32,000 bases of DNA, from contig JBJLBP010000001.1 in the NCBI GenBank assembly GCA_045568075.1, positions 600,001-632,000 on the forward strand, given 5' to 3'. Made by a program: the position numbers and the translations under genes. Numbering within the stretch: position 1 is the stretch's first letter; each line of letters starts with the position of its first letter. The notes under the pieces were generated by a model. It was not told where the DNA came from. It searched no databases and was given only the letters and a program-made list of their open reading frames with translations. The stretch is from Candidatus Thalassarchaeaceae archaeon. Lineage in GTDB: Archaea; Thermoplasmatota; Poseidoniia; Poseidoniales; Thalassarchaeaceae. Below are positions 1 to 10,300 of this stretch, piece by piece.

Positions 1-1
1 A

Positions 2-1330
2 AACAAGACCGAACCAGTCGCCTACGGCGAGATCGTGCAACTACGACTCACCGATGGCACGATGAAGAACGGACAAGTTCTCGACACCTCCGATGACCAA
101 GTCATCGTTCAGGTGTTCGAGGGAACTGCTTCCGTCGACCGCCAGACCGGCGTCAAGTTCCTCGGAGACGTTTTCCGTCTCCCAGTGAGCAAGGACCTCA
201 TCGGCCGTATCCTAGACGGAGCCGGCCGACCTCGTGACGGCGGCCCTGCAATCGTCCCAGACGAAATGGCCGACATCATCGGAGCCGCTATCAACCCATA
301 TTCGCGACAGAGTCCAGAGTCTTTCATCCAGACAGGAATCTCAGCAATCGACGCATGCACCTCGTTGGTTCGCGGACAGAAGTTGCCAATCTTCAGCGCA
401 TCTGGTCTGCCACACAACGATATCGCGCTTCAGATTGCCCGACAAGCCAAGCTTGTCGACAGCGATGACGATTTCGTGGTAGTTTTCTGCGCTATGGGAA
501 TCACAGCGGAAGAGTACAACTTCTTCGTACACGACCTCGAGCGCACCGGCGCTCTCGAGAACGCTGCTCTGTTCGTCAATCTCGCTGACGACCCAGCCGT
601 CGAGCGTCTAATCACTCCACGTCTGGCTCTCACAGCAGCTGAGTACCTAGCGTTCGAGCACGATTACCACGTGCTCGTCATCTACACTGACATGACCAAC
701 TATTGCGAATCTCTACGTCAAATTGGTGCCGCCCGTGAGGAGGTTCCAGGACGACGTGGTTACCCCGGTTACATGTACACTGACCTTGCTATGCTCTACG
801 AGCGCGCTGGTCTTGTCAAGGGCAAGAAGGGAAGCATCACCCAATTCCCAATTCTAACTATGCCTGGTGACGATATCACCCACCCGATCCCTGACCTTTC
901 AGGTTACATCACCGAGGGACAAATTGTGATTTCGCGTGAACTGCACCAGAAGGGAATCTACCCACCGATCAACGTTCTTCCTTCGCTTAGCCGACTGATG
1001 AACGCTGGAATTGGACCGGGCAAGACCCGAGAAGACCACAAGTCGGTCTCCGACCAGCTCTACGCTGCATACGCTCAGGGTCGCGAGTTGCGCGGTCTTG
1101 TTGCGATTGTTGGTGAGGACGCGCTGAACGAGCGTGACCTTCAGTTGCTGAAGTTCGCGGATGTCTTCGAGAACAAGTTCCTGCGGCAGAGCCGCGATGA
1201 GGACCGCTCGATTGACGAAGGCACGCTCGACCTTGCTTGGGATTTGCTGACTAGCATCGACACGAAGTATCTCGTCCGTCTGGACCAGAAGTGGATCGAC
1301 AAGTACCACCCTGACGAGAAGAAGGAGTGA
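2..1330 (+). CDS. atpB: A/V-type ATP synthase subunit B, 5'-truncated by the window edge
   Basis: Frame 2 is open from base 2 ([16 protein letters not shown]...), so the GTG at 35 used by the ORF track is internal. Hallmark stretches: [77 protein letters not shown]. Followed by atpD as in archaeal atp operons. Confidence 0.95.
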   Translation, partial: NKTEPVAYGEIVQLRLTDGTMKNGQVLDTSDDQVIVQVFEGTASVDRQTGVKFLGDVFRLPVSKDLIGRILDGAGRPRDGGPAIVPDEMADIIGAAINPYSRQSPESFIQTGISAIDACTSLVRGQKLPIFSASGLPHNDIALQIARQAKLVDSDDDFVVVFCAMGITAEEYNFFVHDLERTGALENAALFVNLADDPAVERLITPRLALTAAEYLAFEHDYHVLVIYTDMTNYCESLRQIGAAREEVPGRRGYPGYMYTDLAMLYERAGLVKGKKGSITQFPILTMPGDDITHPIPDLSGYITEGQIVISRELHQKGIYPPINVLPSLSRLMNAGIGPGKTREDHKSVSDQLYAAYAQGRELRGLVAIVGEDALNERDLQLLKFADVFENKFLRQSRDEDRSIDEGTLDLAWDLLTSIDTKYLVRLDQKWIDKYHPDEKKE

Positions 1331-1350
1331 AACCCGCTTACTGCGAGTCT

Positions 1351-1360
1351 AAGGAGGTGA
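1351..1360 (+). promoter_or_regulatory. Shine-Dalgarno box AAGGAGGTGA for atpD
   Basis: AAGGAGGTGA ends 4 nt before the atpD ATG at 1365. Confidence 0.7.
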
Positions 1361-1364
1361 ATGA

Positions 1365-1982
1365 ATGGCATTGGACATCAAACCAACCCGGTCCGAGCTG
1401 ATCAACCTCAAGCGACGTATCAAGCAGACTTCGAGTGGATACAACTTGCTGAAGATGAAGCGAGACGGTCTATTCCACGAGTTCCGAACTCTGCTCTCAG
1501 AGATGATTAGCGCGAGAGAGGAACTCGTCTCGACTTACCGTGAGGCAGTCGAGGCAATTAGCCTCGCAAGCGCCATCGAGGGAGGTCTCGTTGTGAAGAG
1601 CGCGGCGATTGCAAACTCAGCTTCGCCAGAGGTTGAGGTTAGCCGCCGCAACATCATGGGAGTTGTCGTCCCTCAGGTCAAAGGTCAGAATTTGACCTCG
1701 ACCATCGAGGAGCGAGGGACTGGCCTCATTGGAGGTTCACCTTACATCGATGAGGCCGCTGATGCTTACTCTGCTCTCATCGCTAAGATCGTCAAGGCAG
1801 CCGAGATGGAAGCCACACTCAAGCGCTTGCTTGAAGAAATTGAATCGACCAAGCGACGTGTCAACGCGCTGGAATTCAAGGTTATTCCAGAAATGAAGGA
1901 AGCTCAGGTATTCATTCAACTCCGATTAGAGGAGATGGAGCGGGAAGAGACGTTCCGCTTGAAGCGCTTCAAGAACAAGTAA
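1365..1982 (+). CDS. atpD: A/V-type ATP synthase subunit D
   Basis: 205-aa ORF. MALDIKPTRSELINLKRRIK at the N-terminus and TKRRVNALEFKVIPE near the C-terminus match subunit D. It lies directly after atpB. Confidence 0.9.
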   Translation: MALDIKPTRSELINLKRRIKQTSSGYNLLKMKRDGLFHEFRTLLSEMISAREELVSTYREAVEAISLASAIEGGLVVKSAAIANSASPEVEVSRRNIMGVVVPQVKGQNLTSTIEERGTGLIGGSPYIDEAADAYSALIAKIVKAAEMEATLKRLLEEIESTKRRVNALEFKVIPEMKEAQVFIQLRLEEMEREETFRLKRFKNK

Positions 1983-2023
1983 TCGACGCTTCAAGAGACG
2001 ACTTGCGTCTTGCGCGGTTTGAT

Positions 2024-2060
2024 AGGTGGGTGCTTGAGTTCGCAACCACCGCAGGTGGTT
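2024..2060 (+). promoter_or_regulatory. Two mutually exclusive hairpins sharing one CCACC arm; the second sequesters the SD of the next gene
   Basis: GGTGG(2025-2029)...CCACC(2046-2050)...GGTGG(2054-2058). AACCACC(2044-2050)/GGTGGTT(2054-2060) is a perfect 7-bp stem with loop GCA. Alternatively 2025-2033 pairs with 2042-2050 (8 bp, 1 mismatch). The ATG is at 2068. Confidence 0.35.
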
Positions 2061-2067
2061 GAATCCC

Positions 2068-4518
2068 ATGTCCGAGCCAGAGGGAATAGTACTCGACCAC
2101 TCGACTTGGAACGAGCAAGAACTGCTACTCCACATCATTCAGCGCTATTTCGACCTCGGTAACGAAGCCCTAGCTGGGCAAGCATGGGAAGCAAGGTCGA
2201 AGGCTGGACGGTCCGATTCGGAAGCTCTCATTGAACTCAACACCGAATTCGAACCACTTGGATATCTGGCGATGCTCGACGAAGGCAATCCACCAATCCT
2301 GAGCATGTCCCGCCACCCAGAAGACCAGCAGATTATCCCAAATTGGCAGATGTCATTAGTCTGGGTGATGATGGCAGGATTCCTGACTTTCATCGGTAGC
2401 GCTTGGCTGCAACAGTACCGTCCTGATGCGATGGCTCTTGATTCAGATTTGCTGCGCGAATCAGTTCTCTCCATGACGCTGCCCATGATGCTGGCACTCG
2501 GCCTCGCTAGCGAAGCCAGACGTCGAATGGCGGCTAACTTCGGCGTCAACATCGGCCACGTGGTCCCAATAGCATTCCCACTAATGTCGCCGAGCTGGCC
2601 ATTCGGTTTGGCCGGAGTCCTCAGTCAGCGACGTCCTGACCTTATGCCGATACCCAATCGACGAGCGCTGGCAATGATCGAATTCACTGCACCGCTCGTT
2701 CTCTTCTCAACAGGAACTCTCCTCACACTTCTCGGACTCCATTGGACTCCTCTTGAGCCCCCTGATCTCAGTTCCGCTCCAATCGCTTTCCAGAACAATC
2801 CGCTCATCAACCTCCTTGCTCTCGAATGGCTCGGTGACTCCCTTTCGGTCAAATTGCAATGGATTCACCTCACCGGCCTAACAGGAATCGGTCTGACTCT
2901 TCTCGGCTGGACTCTGCTACTACCAATCCCAGGTCTCCCTGGAGATCGTATCATGCACGCTCTCATCGGTCCAGCCAAAATGTCAGATTCCAGCCGACAG
3001 ACGACCATCTTCATCACAATGCTTGCAGCGATGGTCGTGGTTTTCGCCAATACCGATTACATGCCTTGGCTGCTAATCGTTGCACTGGGAGCGATGCGGC
3101 GCTTCAGTCCGGAGAATTCACCAGCGCCGCTCGTAGTTGACGAATCTCTCATTCCGTCCCCAGAAACACGTAATCGATTCATCGCAATCCTCCTCTTCGT
3201 GATGATTGCAGGTTTCCCTGGGATGACTCCCTCTTACGCTGTATCAAATTGGGACGGAGGTCTTGACACATCAGGATGGGATGAAGAAATTGATCTGACT
3301 ATTTCCGAGACATACAATCTCAGCCTCGAACTAACACCAGCCGGTGTCACTGAGGTTTCTGGCTGGCTACAATTCCGCCTCGAGGGTGAAAATGCCTACG
3401 CTTGGGAAATTTCATCGCCACAATTCAACGAATTTGGTATCCATCGATTCGATGGAGTAACCCAATCTTCTGAGGCGATGGTCAGCATCACAATCACTCC
3501 TCTCGACATTGCCCTCGACAATCCAACTCTTGTTCCGGATACGTCGATGTGGCTACGGATTCTAATCGATGTCGAAGGCCACACCGACGAGCACCTGATG
3601 GTGCTACGACACACAAATATGACCTCGCCGATAGACCCACTTTGGTTGCTTATCGAAGATACCGAAACGCCTCGGATTTGTGTTAGTGTCGACAAGGTGG
3701 ATAGCACACCGGCGAACCTAGCCCTGACCAACCCATTTTGGGAGTTTGAAAATGAGACGAATTTGACCGAAGTCGGCCTTTACGACGTTTGTCTTCGAGG
3801 ACACGAGGGTGCTTTGCAGTCCTCGCCTTATCGTGATGAATACCGTCGCTTAATGGGGCCAGTTTTGGCGCTTGAATTCGATGATGGCGAGCATATTCTT
3901 TGGTGGATGCCAATTAATGGAACTGAGATTGAACTCAGAGTCTCAGACCAAGATTGGGGGGTGCCCTATTGGCTGGCCTCAAACTTACCTTACACCATCA
4001 CCTATGGAGCCACAGGAAATGCCTTCTGCCCCTCGAGTATTGTTGTTCCAGAGATGGAGACGAGCGGTCCGTGGAATTGGACTTTCTCGGACCGCTCGAC
4101 AATAATGATTCCAGCCGGCGACAATGGAGACGGCACTCTGTCTTTCGAATCGGCTGGATGGCTAGCCTTCTGTCAGATGGGGGATATGGTGCGATCGTAT
4201 CGAATAGTCGAAGGGGAGGATGTTCTTCTGGTTCCTGGCGATCTTGATTCGGGTCTTACGCTGAGTCAATATGTCATCGTTAATCGTGAAAATAAATCGA
4301 TGGATGTCCGAGTCGAATGGACGGGTGACGCTCCAGACTCGGATGTTTGGGAGGTCAGCATCCCGGACCTCGTCGAGGCTAATTCGGATGCTGTCATCGA
4401 CATTTCACCGAATGGAGAATTGCCGTTATACCGAGCGGTCTGGGTAAGTGTGGGTGAGGGCGAAATCACTGTTCATCTCGCTGCGCGCTGTCCAGTGGAT
4501 GGCTGCGAGGTGGGCTGA
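2068..4518 (+). CDS. Polytopic membrane protein, M50/site-2-protease-like core with degenerate metal site, plus ~430-aa C-terminal extracytoplasmic domain
   Basis: Long ORF. The track starts at TTG 2059, but ATG 2068 sits 9 nt after GGTGG. The segment LALGLASEARRRMAANFGVNIGHVVPIAFP...GLAGVL...PNRRALAMIEFTAPLV follows the M50 pattern (HExxH...A..yGv....P.fiP...G..GA...R.al...aGPl), with SEARR in place of HExxH. LLLPIPGLPGDRIMHAL resembles NxxPxxxLDGG. Multiple hydrophobic helices. The C-terminal half is hydrophilic and Cys-containing. Confidence 0.6.
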   Translation: MSEPEGIVLDHSTWNEQELLLHIIQRYFDLGNEALAGQAWEARSKAGRSDSEALIELNTEFEPLGYLAMLDEGNPPILSMSRHPEDQQIIPNWQMSLVWVMMAGFLTFIGSAWLQQYRPDAMALDSDLLRESVLSMTLPMMLALGLASEARRRMAANFGVNIGHVVPIAFPLMSPSWPFGLAGVLSQRRPDLMPIPNRRALAMIEFTAPLVLFSTGTLLTLLGLHWTPLEPPDLSSAPIAFQNNPLINLLALEWLGDSLSVKLQWIHLTGLTGIGLTLLGWTLLLPIPGLPGDRIMHALIGPAKMSDSSRQTTIFITMLAAMVVVFANTDYMPWLLIVALGAMRRFSPENSPAPLVVDESLIPSPETRNRFIAILLFVMIAGFPGMTPSYAVSNWDGGLDTSGWDEEIDLTISETYNLSLELTPAGVTEVSGWLQFRLEGENAYAWEISSPQFNEFGIHRFDGVTQSSEAMVSITITPLDIALDNPTLVPDTSMWLRILIDVEGHTDEHLMVLRHTNMTSPIDPLWLLIEDTETPRICVSVDKVDSTPANLALTNPFWEFENETNLTEVGLYDVCLRGHEGALQSSPYRDEYRRLMGPVLALEFDDGEHILWWMPINGTEIELRVSDQDWGVPYWLASNLPYTITYGATGNAFCPSSIVVPEMETSGPWNWTFSDRSTIMIPAGDNGDGTLSFESAGWLAFCQMGDMVRSYRIVEGEDVLLVPGDLDSGLTLSQYVIVNRENKSMDVRVEWTGDAPDSDVWEVSIPDLVEANSDAVIDISPNGELPLYRAVWVSVGEGEITVHLAARCPVDGCEVG

Positions 4519-5471
4519 TGCGAATCGCTGTACTCGGTGTCGGTGCTATCGGAGGAGTCGTCCTCGGTGCGCTGTCAGACACCGATGCCGACCTCGTTGC
4601 AGTTTCACGCGGGTCAGGGGCATCGAACTTGGAGATGGTCGGTCTAATTCTGCATTCTCCGGAAGGAGCGATCGAGATGATACCGCCCAATCGTTTCTTG
4701 GTTGTGGATAGTGAGGAAGGTCCTGTATCTGAACAAATTCGAGGGACCTGCGATGCCGCTATTCTCTGCGGTAAGGCGGCATCGACTCCAGTTCTTGCTC
4801 AATTGTCTGAGGAGCTATTGATTCCAGGCGGGTTGGCCATCAGCGTTCAGAATGGACTTGGCCATCCCGAAATGCTCGCGCACCGGCTGGGGCGCGAGCG
4901 CGTTCTAGGAGGCTCGATTACTCACGGTGCTTGGCGCGATGGTGAAGGCGAGGTGCATTGGGTTGGTCGTGGTGCCATACGTTTGGGCAATCTCGATGGA
5001 GGTCCGCCAGGAGATATTGCAGCTGGCCTTGTTGCCGCGCTGGATGATGCTGGATTGGAACCGATTTGGTCGGAAGATGTCCAGATTATCGTTTGGCGGA
5101 AGTTGCTGCTCAACGTTGCAATCAATCCGGTTTGTGCTATCGCAGGTGTTCGTAATGGGGCTCTTGCAGAAGTGCCTGAACTCTGGGAACAAGCGATTGC
5201 TGCGATGGTCGAGGCTGCGGCTGTGGCGCGGGCCTCGGGTGTTGATTTGGGTGAGCTAGATTTGGATTCTCATCTTCGCAGGGTGGTCGAAGCCACTGCA
5301 GACAATCGCTGCTCGATGTTGCAGGATGTGATGGCTGGACGCGCCACTGAGATCGATTCACTCTGTGGCGCGGTGGTCGATCGCGGTGAGGCTGTTGGAA
5401 TTCCAACTCCTGCAAACCAGTCTCTTTACGCGCTAGTCAAAGGTATCGAGAGATCAGGCGAATTCGCTTGA
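4518..5471 (+). CDS. panE: 2-dehydropantoate 2-reductase (ketopantoate reductase)
   Basis: N-terminal Rossmann MRIAVLGVGAIGG; WRKLLLNVAINPVCAI; CSMLQDVMAGRATEIDSLCGAVV, typical of PanE/ApbA. The ATG overlaps the upstream TGA by 1 nt. Confidence 0.8.
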   Translation: MRIAVLGVGAIGGVVLGALSDTDADLVAVSRGSGASNLEMVGLILHSPEGAIEMIPPNRFLVVDSEEGPVSEQIRGTCDAAILCGKAASTPVLAQLSEELLIPGGLAISVQNGLGHPEMLAHRLGRERVLGGSITHGAWRDGEGEVHWVGRGAIRLGNLDGGPPGDIAAGLVAALDDAGLEPIWSEDVQIIVWRKLLLNVAINPVCAIAGVRNGALAEVPELWEQAIAAMVEAAAVARASGVDLGELDLDSHLRRVVEATADNRCSMLQDVMAGRATEIDSLCGAVVDRGEAVGIPTPANQSLYALVKGIERSGEFA

Positions 5472-5472
5472 T

Positions 5473-7119
5473 TTACTCGCAATCGATGTTGTAGTGCAGC
5501 CCGACGTTTTCGCGCCGAGCGATTGAGGCTTCGATGACAAGCTCGGCGCAGATAATCAGATTTCGTAACTCGACCATGTCCTGAGTCGGCTTCGTAGCAT
5601 GCCAAATGGGTACTACTTCTGAGCGGATTTGGGCAATACGACGACTTGCTCTCTCAAGCCTAACATCGCTCTTCACCAGGCCGACGTCATTTGTCATCAT
5701 ACTGCGCAGCGCCAGTAAGTCGCTGCGAAGCGCTCCGTGTTCTGCCAATTCATCGAGGTCCTCACCCCGCCATCGGGTGATGTCCTCGACAATATCTGGT
5801 AGTAATTCACTCTCAGCTAGTCTGACGATGTCATCTGCAGCTCGCTCAGAATAGACAACTGCCTCAAGCAGCGAGTTCGAAGCCAATCGATTCGCACCGT
5901 GCAGTCCAGTCTGAGCAACCTCACCAATCGCATACAGACCAGGAAGAACATGACCATCGTGAAGGGCTCGTCCTTTCTCATCGACAGTAACCCCTCCTAC
6001 TAGGTAGTGAGCGGCGGGACGGACGGGGATTGGGTCTGGTCCGAGGTCAATTCCAAGTTCCGCTACCTTGCCAGCAATCGTGGGGAACTCGTCACGGAGC
6101 GCAGCGGAATCGAGATGTTCAGTCACCAGCAGGACATGTGAATCTCCACTACTCTTCAACTCGTGATCTGTAGCTCTCGCAACAACATCGCGAGTGTCGA
6201 GAGATCCTTTCTCGGAGTAGCGTTCCATGTACGAAGAAACCGCAGGTGAACCAGCCCCTGAAAAACCACCATCAGCCCTCCAAGATTCATACTCGGAACG
6301 AGTCATCAGAATTGCTCCGTGCCCTCGCATGGCCTCAGTGATCAAGAAAGGATTCTCGGAATCGACGGCCAAAGCCGTCGGGTGAAATTGTATGAATTCC
6401 ATATCGGAAACATCCGCACCAACCCGATGAGCCATCGCTACACCATCCCCTGTGGATACAGGAGGGTTGGTGGTAGCAAGGTGAAGCATTCCTGCTCCTC
6501 CAGAAGCCAGAACCACGCAGCGTGAAGCCAGCGTGTACACTTTGCCGTCTGGAGCCAAGCACCACAGTCCTGCAACACCAGCGGATGGATCATTCAAGTC
6601 GCGGCGAACAAGGTCGAGAACCATCCAATTTTCCAAAATGCGCAGACCTGATTCGTATTCTCCCGCAACGCCTCGAGTCAGGGCTCGCTCAATCTCAGCC
6701 CCAGTGCGGTCTCTCGAATGCAGTATCCTGCGCTCAGAGTGCCCGCCCTCACGTGTCAAATCATACAATCCGTCAGCACTCAAATCGAATTGAACTCCAT
6801 GTTCGATGAGGTCGCGGATGCGCAAAGCAGCCTCAGCAACGACAGAGCGCACAACGCCCTCATCGCACAAACCACCTCCAGAGGCCAAAGTATCGCGGAC
6901 ATGCGCTTCCAAGGCTTCCTCATCGTCAACCTCCAGAACTCCTGCGATACCACCTTGGGCCCAGTTTGTTGAGGAGGTAGAGAGGCTTTTCTTTGTGACG
7001 ATAGCGACCGACAAACCTGCACGAAAGCAACGAAGCGCTAGGAATAAACCAGCGATGCCCGAACCAATGACTGCTACATCGACCGGCGGCAGCGAACGAT
7101 TCGAATCATCCTCTGCCAT
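5473..7119 (-). CDS. nadB: L-aspartate oxidase
   Basis: VAVIGSGIAGL FAD fold; HSERRILHSRDRTGAEIERAL; GLYAIGEVAQTGLHGANRLASNSLLE. Length of 548 aa is typical. Confidence 0.9.
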   Translation of the reverse strand: MAEDDSNRSLPPVDVAVIGSGIAGLFLALRCFRAGLSVAIVTKKSLSTSSTNWAQGGIAGVLEVDDEEALEAHVRDTLASGGGLCDEGVVRSVVAEAALRIRDLIEHGVQFDLSADGLYDLTREGGHSERRILHSRDRTGAEIERALTRGVAGEYESGLRILENWMVLDLVRRDLNDPSAGVAGLWCLAPDGKVYTLASRCVVLASGGAGMLHLATTNPPVSTGDGVAMAHRVGADVSDMEFIQFHPTALAVDSENPFLITEAMRGHGAILMTRSEYESWRADGGFSGAGSPAVSSYMERYSEKGSLDTRDVVARATDHELKSSGDSHVLLVTEHLDSAALRDEFPTIAGKVAELGIDLGPDPIPVRPAAHYLVGGVTVDEKGRALHDGHVLPGLYAIGEVAQTGLHGANRLASNSLLEAVVYSERAADDIVRLAESELLPDIVEDITRWRGEDLDELAEHGALRSDLLALRSMMTNDVGLVKSDVRLERASRRIAQIRSEVVPIWHATKPTQDMVELRNLIICAELVIEASIARRENVGLHYNIDCE

Positions 7120-7300
7120 GCTAATTCCTCAGAGGATTTACCATTCAAGATTGCCCACCCGCCGACTACGCCTTCGGCGTTTGAAACAAGTGTCTGCAAT
7201 CGTAGTGCGAACCTCGCCGATGCCTCAACCTTCATAGTCTGTTAAGGGTCGAGGGCAAGCCTGACGTTGGACATTTTTCCTTCGTCAAAAGGGTGATGGG

Positions 7301-10300
7301 ATGCACTTGTTGAGGATTGAAGTTGAGAATTTCAAATCATTCGGCGGTGAGATTACAATTCCGTTCGATGAAGGATTCACAGCGATAACCGGTCCAAATG
7401 GCTCAGGAAAGTCAAATTCTGGAGACGCCATCCAATTCGTCCTTGGCACACGTTCGACAAAGGTCATGCGAGCGGACAACGTTGCTGATTTGATTTTCAA
7501 TGGTGGAAAGCGCGGCAAACCAGCGCGGCACATGTCTGTGACGCTCGTTTTCGCGAATACTCCTGAGTTGGATGGGCGTCGCCGTCTTCGTGTTGATGAG
7601 GACGAGGTTTCTTTCACAAGAAGTGTTAGGTTGAATCGAAAGAACCAGCCCAACTCCTCTTACAGAATTGGTGAGCGCAGTGTTACTGCAACTGAGATGC
7701 GCAGGACTCTAGCTGAGGCCGGATTACATGGTGATGGCTACAATATCGTGCTTCAGGGTGATGTCACTACTCTTGCTACGATGACTGATTGGAAGCGCCG
7801 CGGTGTGCTCGAGGAAGTTGCTGGAGTCACTGCTTACGATTCTGAGATTCGCGGCGCGAATAATCAGCGAAAGGCTGTCGAACATGATATCGAGACGATT
7901 GAATTGTTCGAGGCGGATCAGAAGGCGCGCCTGAAGAAGTTGGAGAAGGAACGCGAACAGGCGCTGAAATATCGTGATTTGAAAGAGCAATTAGATGCGG
8001 CGAGAATTGTTCTCGCCCAGGCTCGCTATCGAAATCGCGTTGATGAGATCCGCATGCTCAACGAAGACCATCAGAAATACTTGGAGCGAGATCAAACGGT
8101 CCGGGAGAGCGTTCGTACGAATGAGTCCCGACTACTCTCCCTGGAAGAGGAACTCGTCAAGGTCACTCGCGATCTGGAAGAAATGGCGACTGGTGAATCT
8201 AAGGCTGTGATGGATCAGATTCGAACTTTAGAGATTGAAGCTGAGACCAGTCGAGACCGAATTGGAGATCAAAAGCGAGCTGCATCAGATGCTAACGAAG
8301 AGATTGAGGTAATCCAAGGAGACCTCGATTCAGTCTTGGCTGCAGTCGAGAAATTGGTTGCTGAGGTCGACGCTGCAAATCGGGCAGTCGAGGGTGCGAA
8401 TAGTGACCTTGACAAGGCTGAAGCAGATGAGAATGAGGCTCGCAAGGCCATCGAATCTGGCGACAGGCACTCACGTGATCTGAATCGCGCTCTTGGATTG
8501 GCGACTGACGAGGTCAACAAGGTTCACGCAGTCCGAGCCGAGGCTCGCCTCGAATCAGATAGGGCTGAGCAAGCGGCTAGATTGGCTTCGGACAATTTGG
8601 CCGATTTGGAAGAGCAGTACGAAATCGTCTCGCTGGAGCGAGATGATTTGGAACTCACTGGAGAAGATCTGCACGAGGACAAACCCCCTCAGGACCGTGA
8701 GTCTCTGGCAGTCCAACTCACTAAGCTACAGAAGCAAGAGGTTGCACTTCGCGAAGATCGCGAAAGGGCTGAGGGACAATTGCGCGAAGCGAATCGCGCA
8801 TTGGATCGAGCTCGAGCTGCGCAAGAGGCTCGTTCCTCAAAGCCAGGATCTGCAGTCACTCTTCGCTCACTATCCAAGTTGCGTGAGAGCGGAGAGATTC
8901 GAGGAATACTCGGTTCTCTTGGTGAATTGACTTCACCGAAAGATAGCGCTCACGAGGAGGCCCTTGCTTTCGCTCTAGGCGGTGGCATGAATTCTATCGT
9001 TGTCAGCGACGACGAGGTTGCGGGCAGTTGCATCAAGTGGCTACGGGCCAATGGTGGCGGCCGTGCGACCTTCCTCCCTCTCAACAAAATCAGCGCCTCT
9101 CGCGCTAAGGGGCGCGCCCTGATGGTGGCCCGCAATCCAGGTATCATCGGCTTCGCCCACGATTTGCTCGACTTCGACGAGTCAATCGAGACAGCGGTTC
9201 ACTTCGCCTGCCGCAATACCCTAATCGTACAATCGATGGATGTTGCACGCCGCAATATGGGTGGCGTGCGAATGGTCACGCTTGACGGTTCAATCGTCGA
9301 GGCTACCGGAGCGATGACCGGCGGTTCTGCTTCCAAGGGCGCTCGCCCATCCTTCGGAGGAGCTGGCGCGGCTGGCGCAGGAATGGAGAATCTTGAGGCT
9401 GCAGTCGAGCGAGGAAATCTGCGCTATTCTACAGTCGAAGCCGCGCTGAAGGAAATTCGTGACAGTCAGAATGAGGTCCGTAACAACATTCACGGACTCG
9501 ATGATAGCGATCACTCGGTCAAGTTGAGGAATTGGAAGGCCGATGTCAAGATTGCTCAGAAGCAGGTTGACGACATCGGCCGAAAAGTCGTCGAAGCCCG
9601 AACCGAGCACGATAAGCTGGAGCAAGCAAGCCGTAAGGCAATCGAGGCTGCAGCCGATGCCGAGACCAATTACGAGTCAGCCGCAGAAGCTCGTCGGCAG
9701 GCGGCTGAGACATTACAGAATCAGACTCCCGATCATCTTTCTCAATTACTCAGAAGCGCTCAGGACACTCGGACTGAGGCCGAGCGAACCAAACTCAGAG
9801 CCGAGGCTGATATCGCTTCAGGTGACGAGCGATTGCGAGTCCTAAACGATCGTAAGAATGACCTGACTCGATCCCTCGAGCACCAAAACACAATCATCAC
9901 ATCAGCGACTACAGCTATCGAACAACTCGATACTGCGATTGCTAAGGCCGACGAAGACCTGAAGGAACTCAGAGAGACGGCATCACAATTCAACGAGGAA
10001 CATCAGATCCTCACCACTCGCAGGGACGAAATCGTCGATGAGCGTGCAAGCCTGCGCGCTCATATCGAGCAGATGCAAACCCAGCGCGAGACAATCAGGG
10101 CGAGACTCGAGGGGCTCGTCGAGAATATCAGGAACAAAGAGGGGACTCTGGACGAGCTCAAGGCTGAACTCGCTGAGAACCAGATTGCCCTACCTGATTC
10201 AGACATTCAACTGCCAACAGTGGCCGAGGCGGACAAAGGGGTGCAGGGCCTTGACCGCCGCCTCGGCCAACTCGGCGACGTGAATATGCTAGCGATCGAA

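Noticed and set aside
899-1309. 136-aa antisense ORF inside atpB. Many similar antisense or off-frame ORFs appear in the track, for example 2145-2552, 3396-3731, 10303-10632, 12164-12562, 30359-30817 and 31262-31663.
   Set aside because: Each lies wholly within a confidently identified gene on the other strand or frame. Their compositions are low-complexity and Ser/Arg/Pro-rich, typical of shadow ORFs in GC-moderate DNA, and they carry no recognisable motifs.
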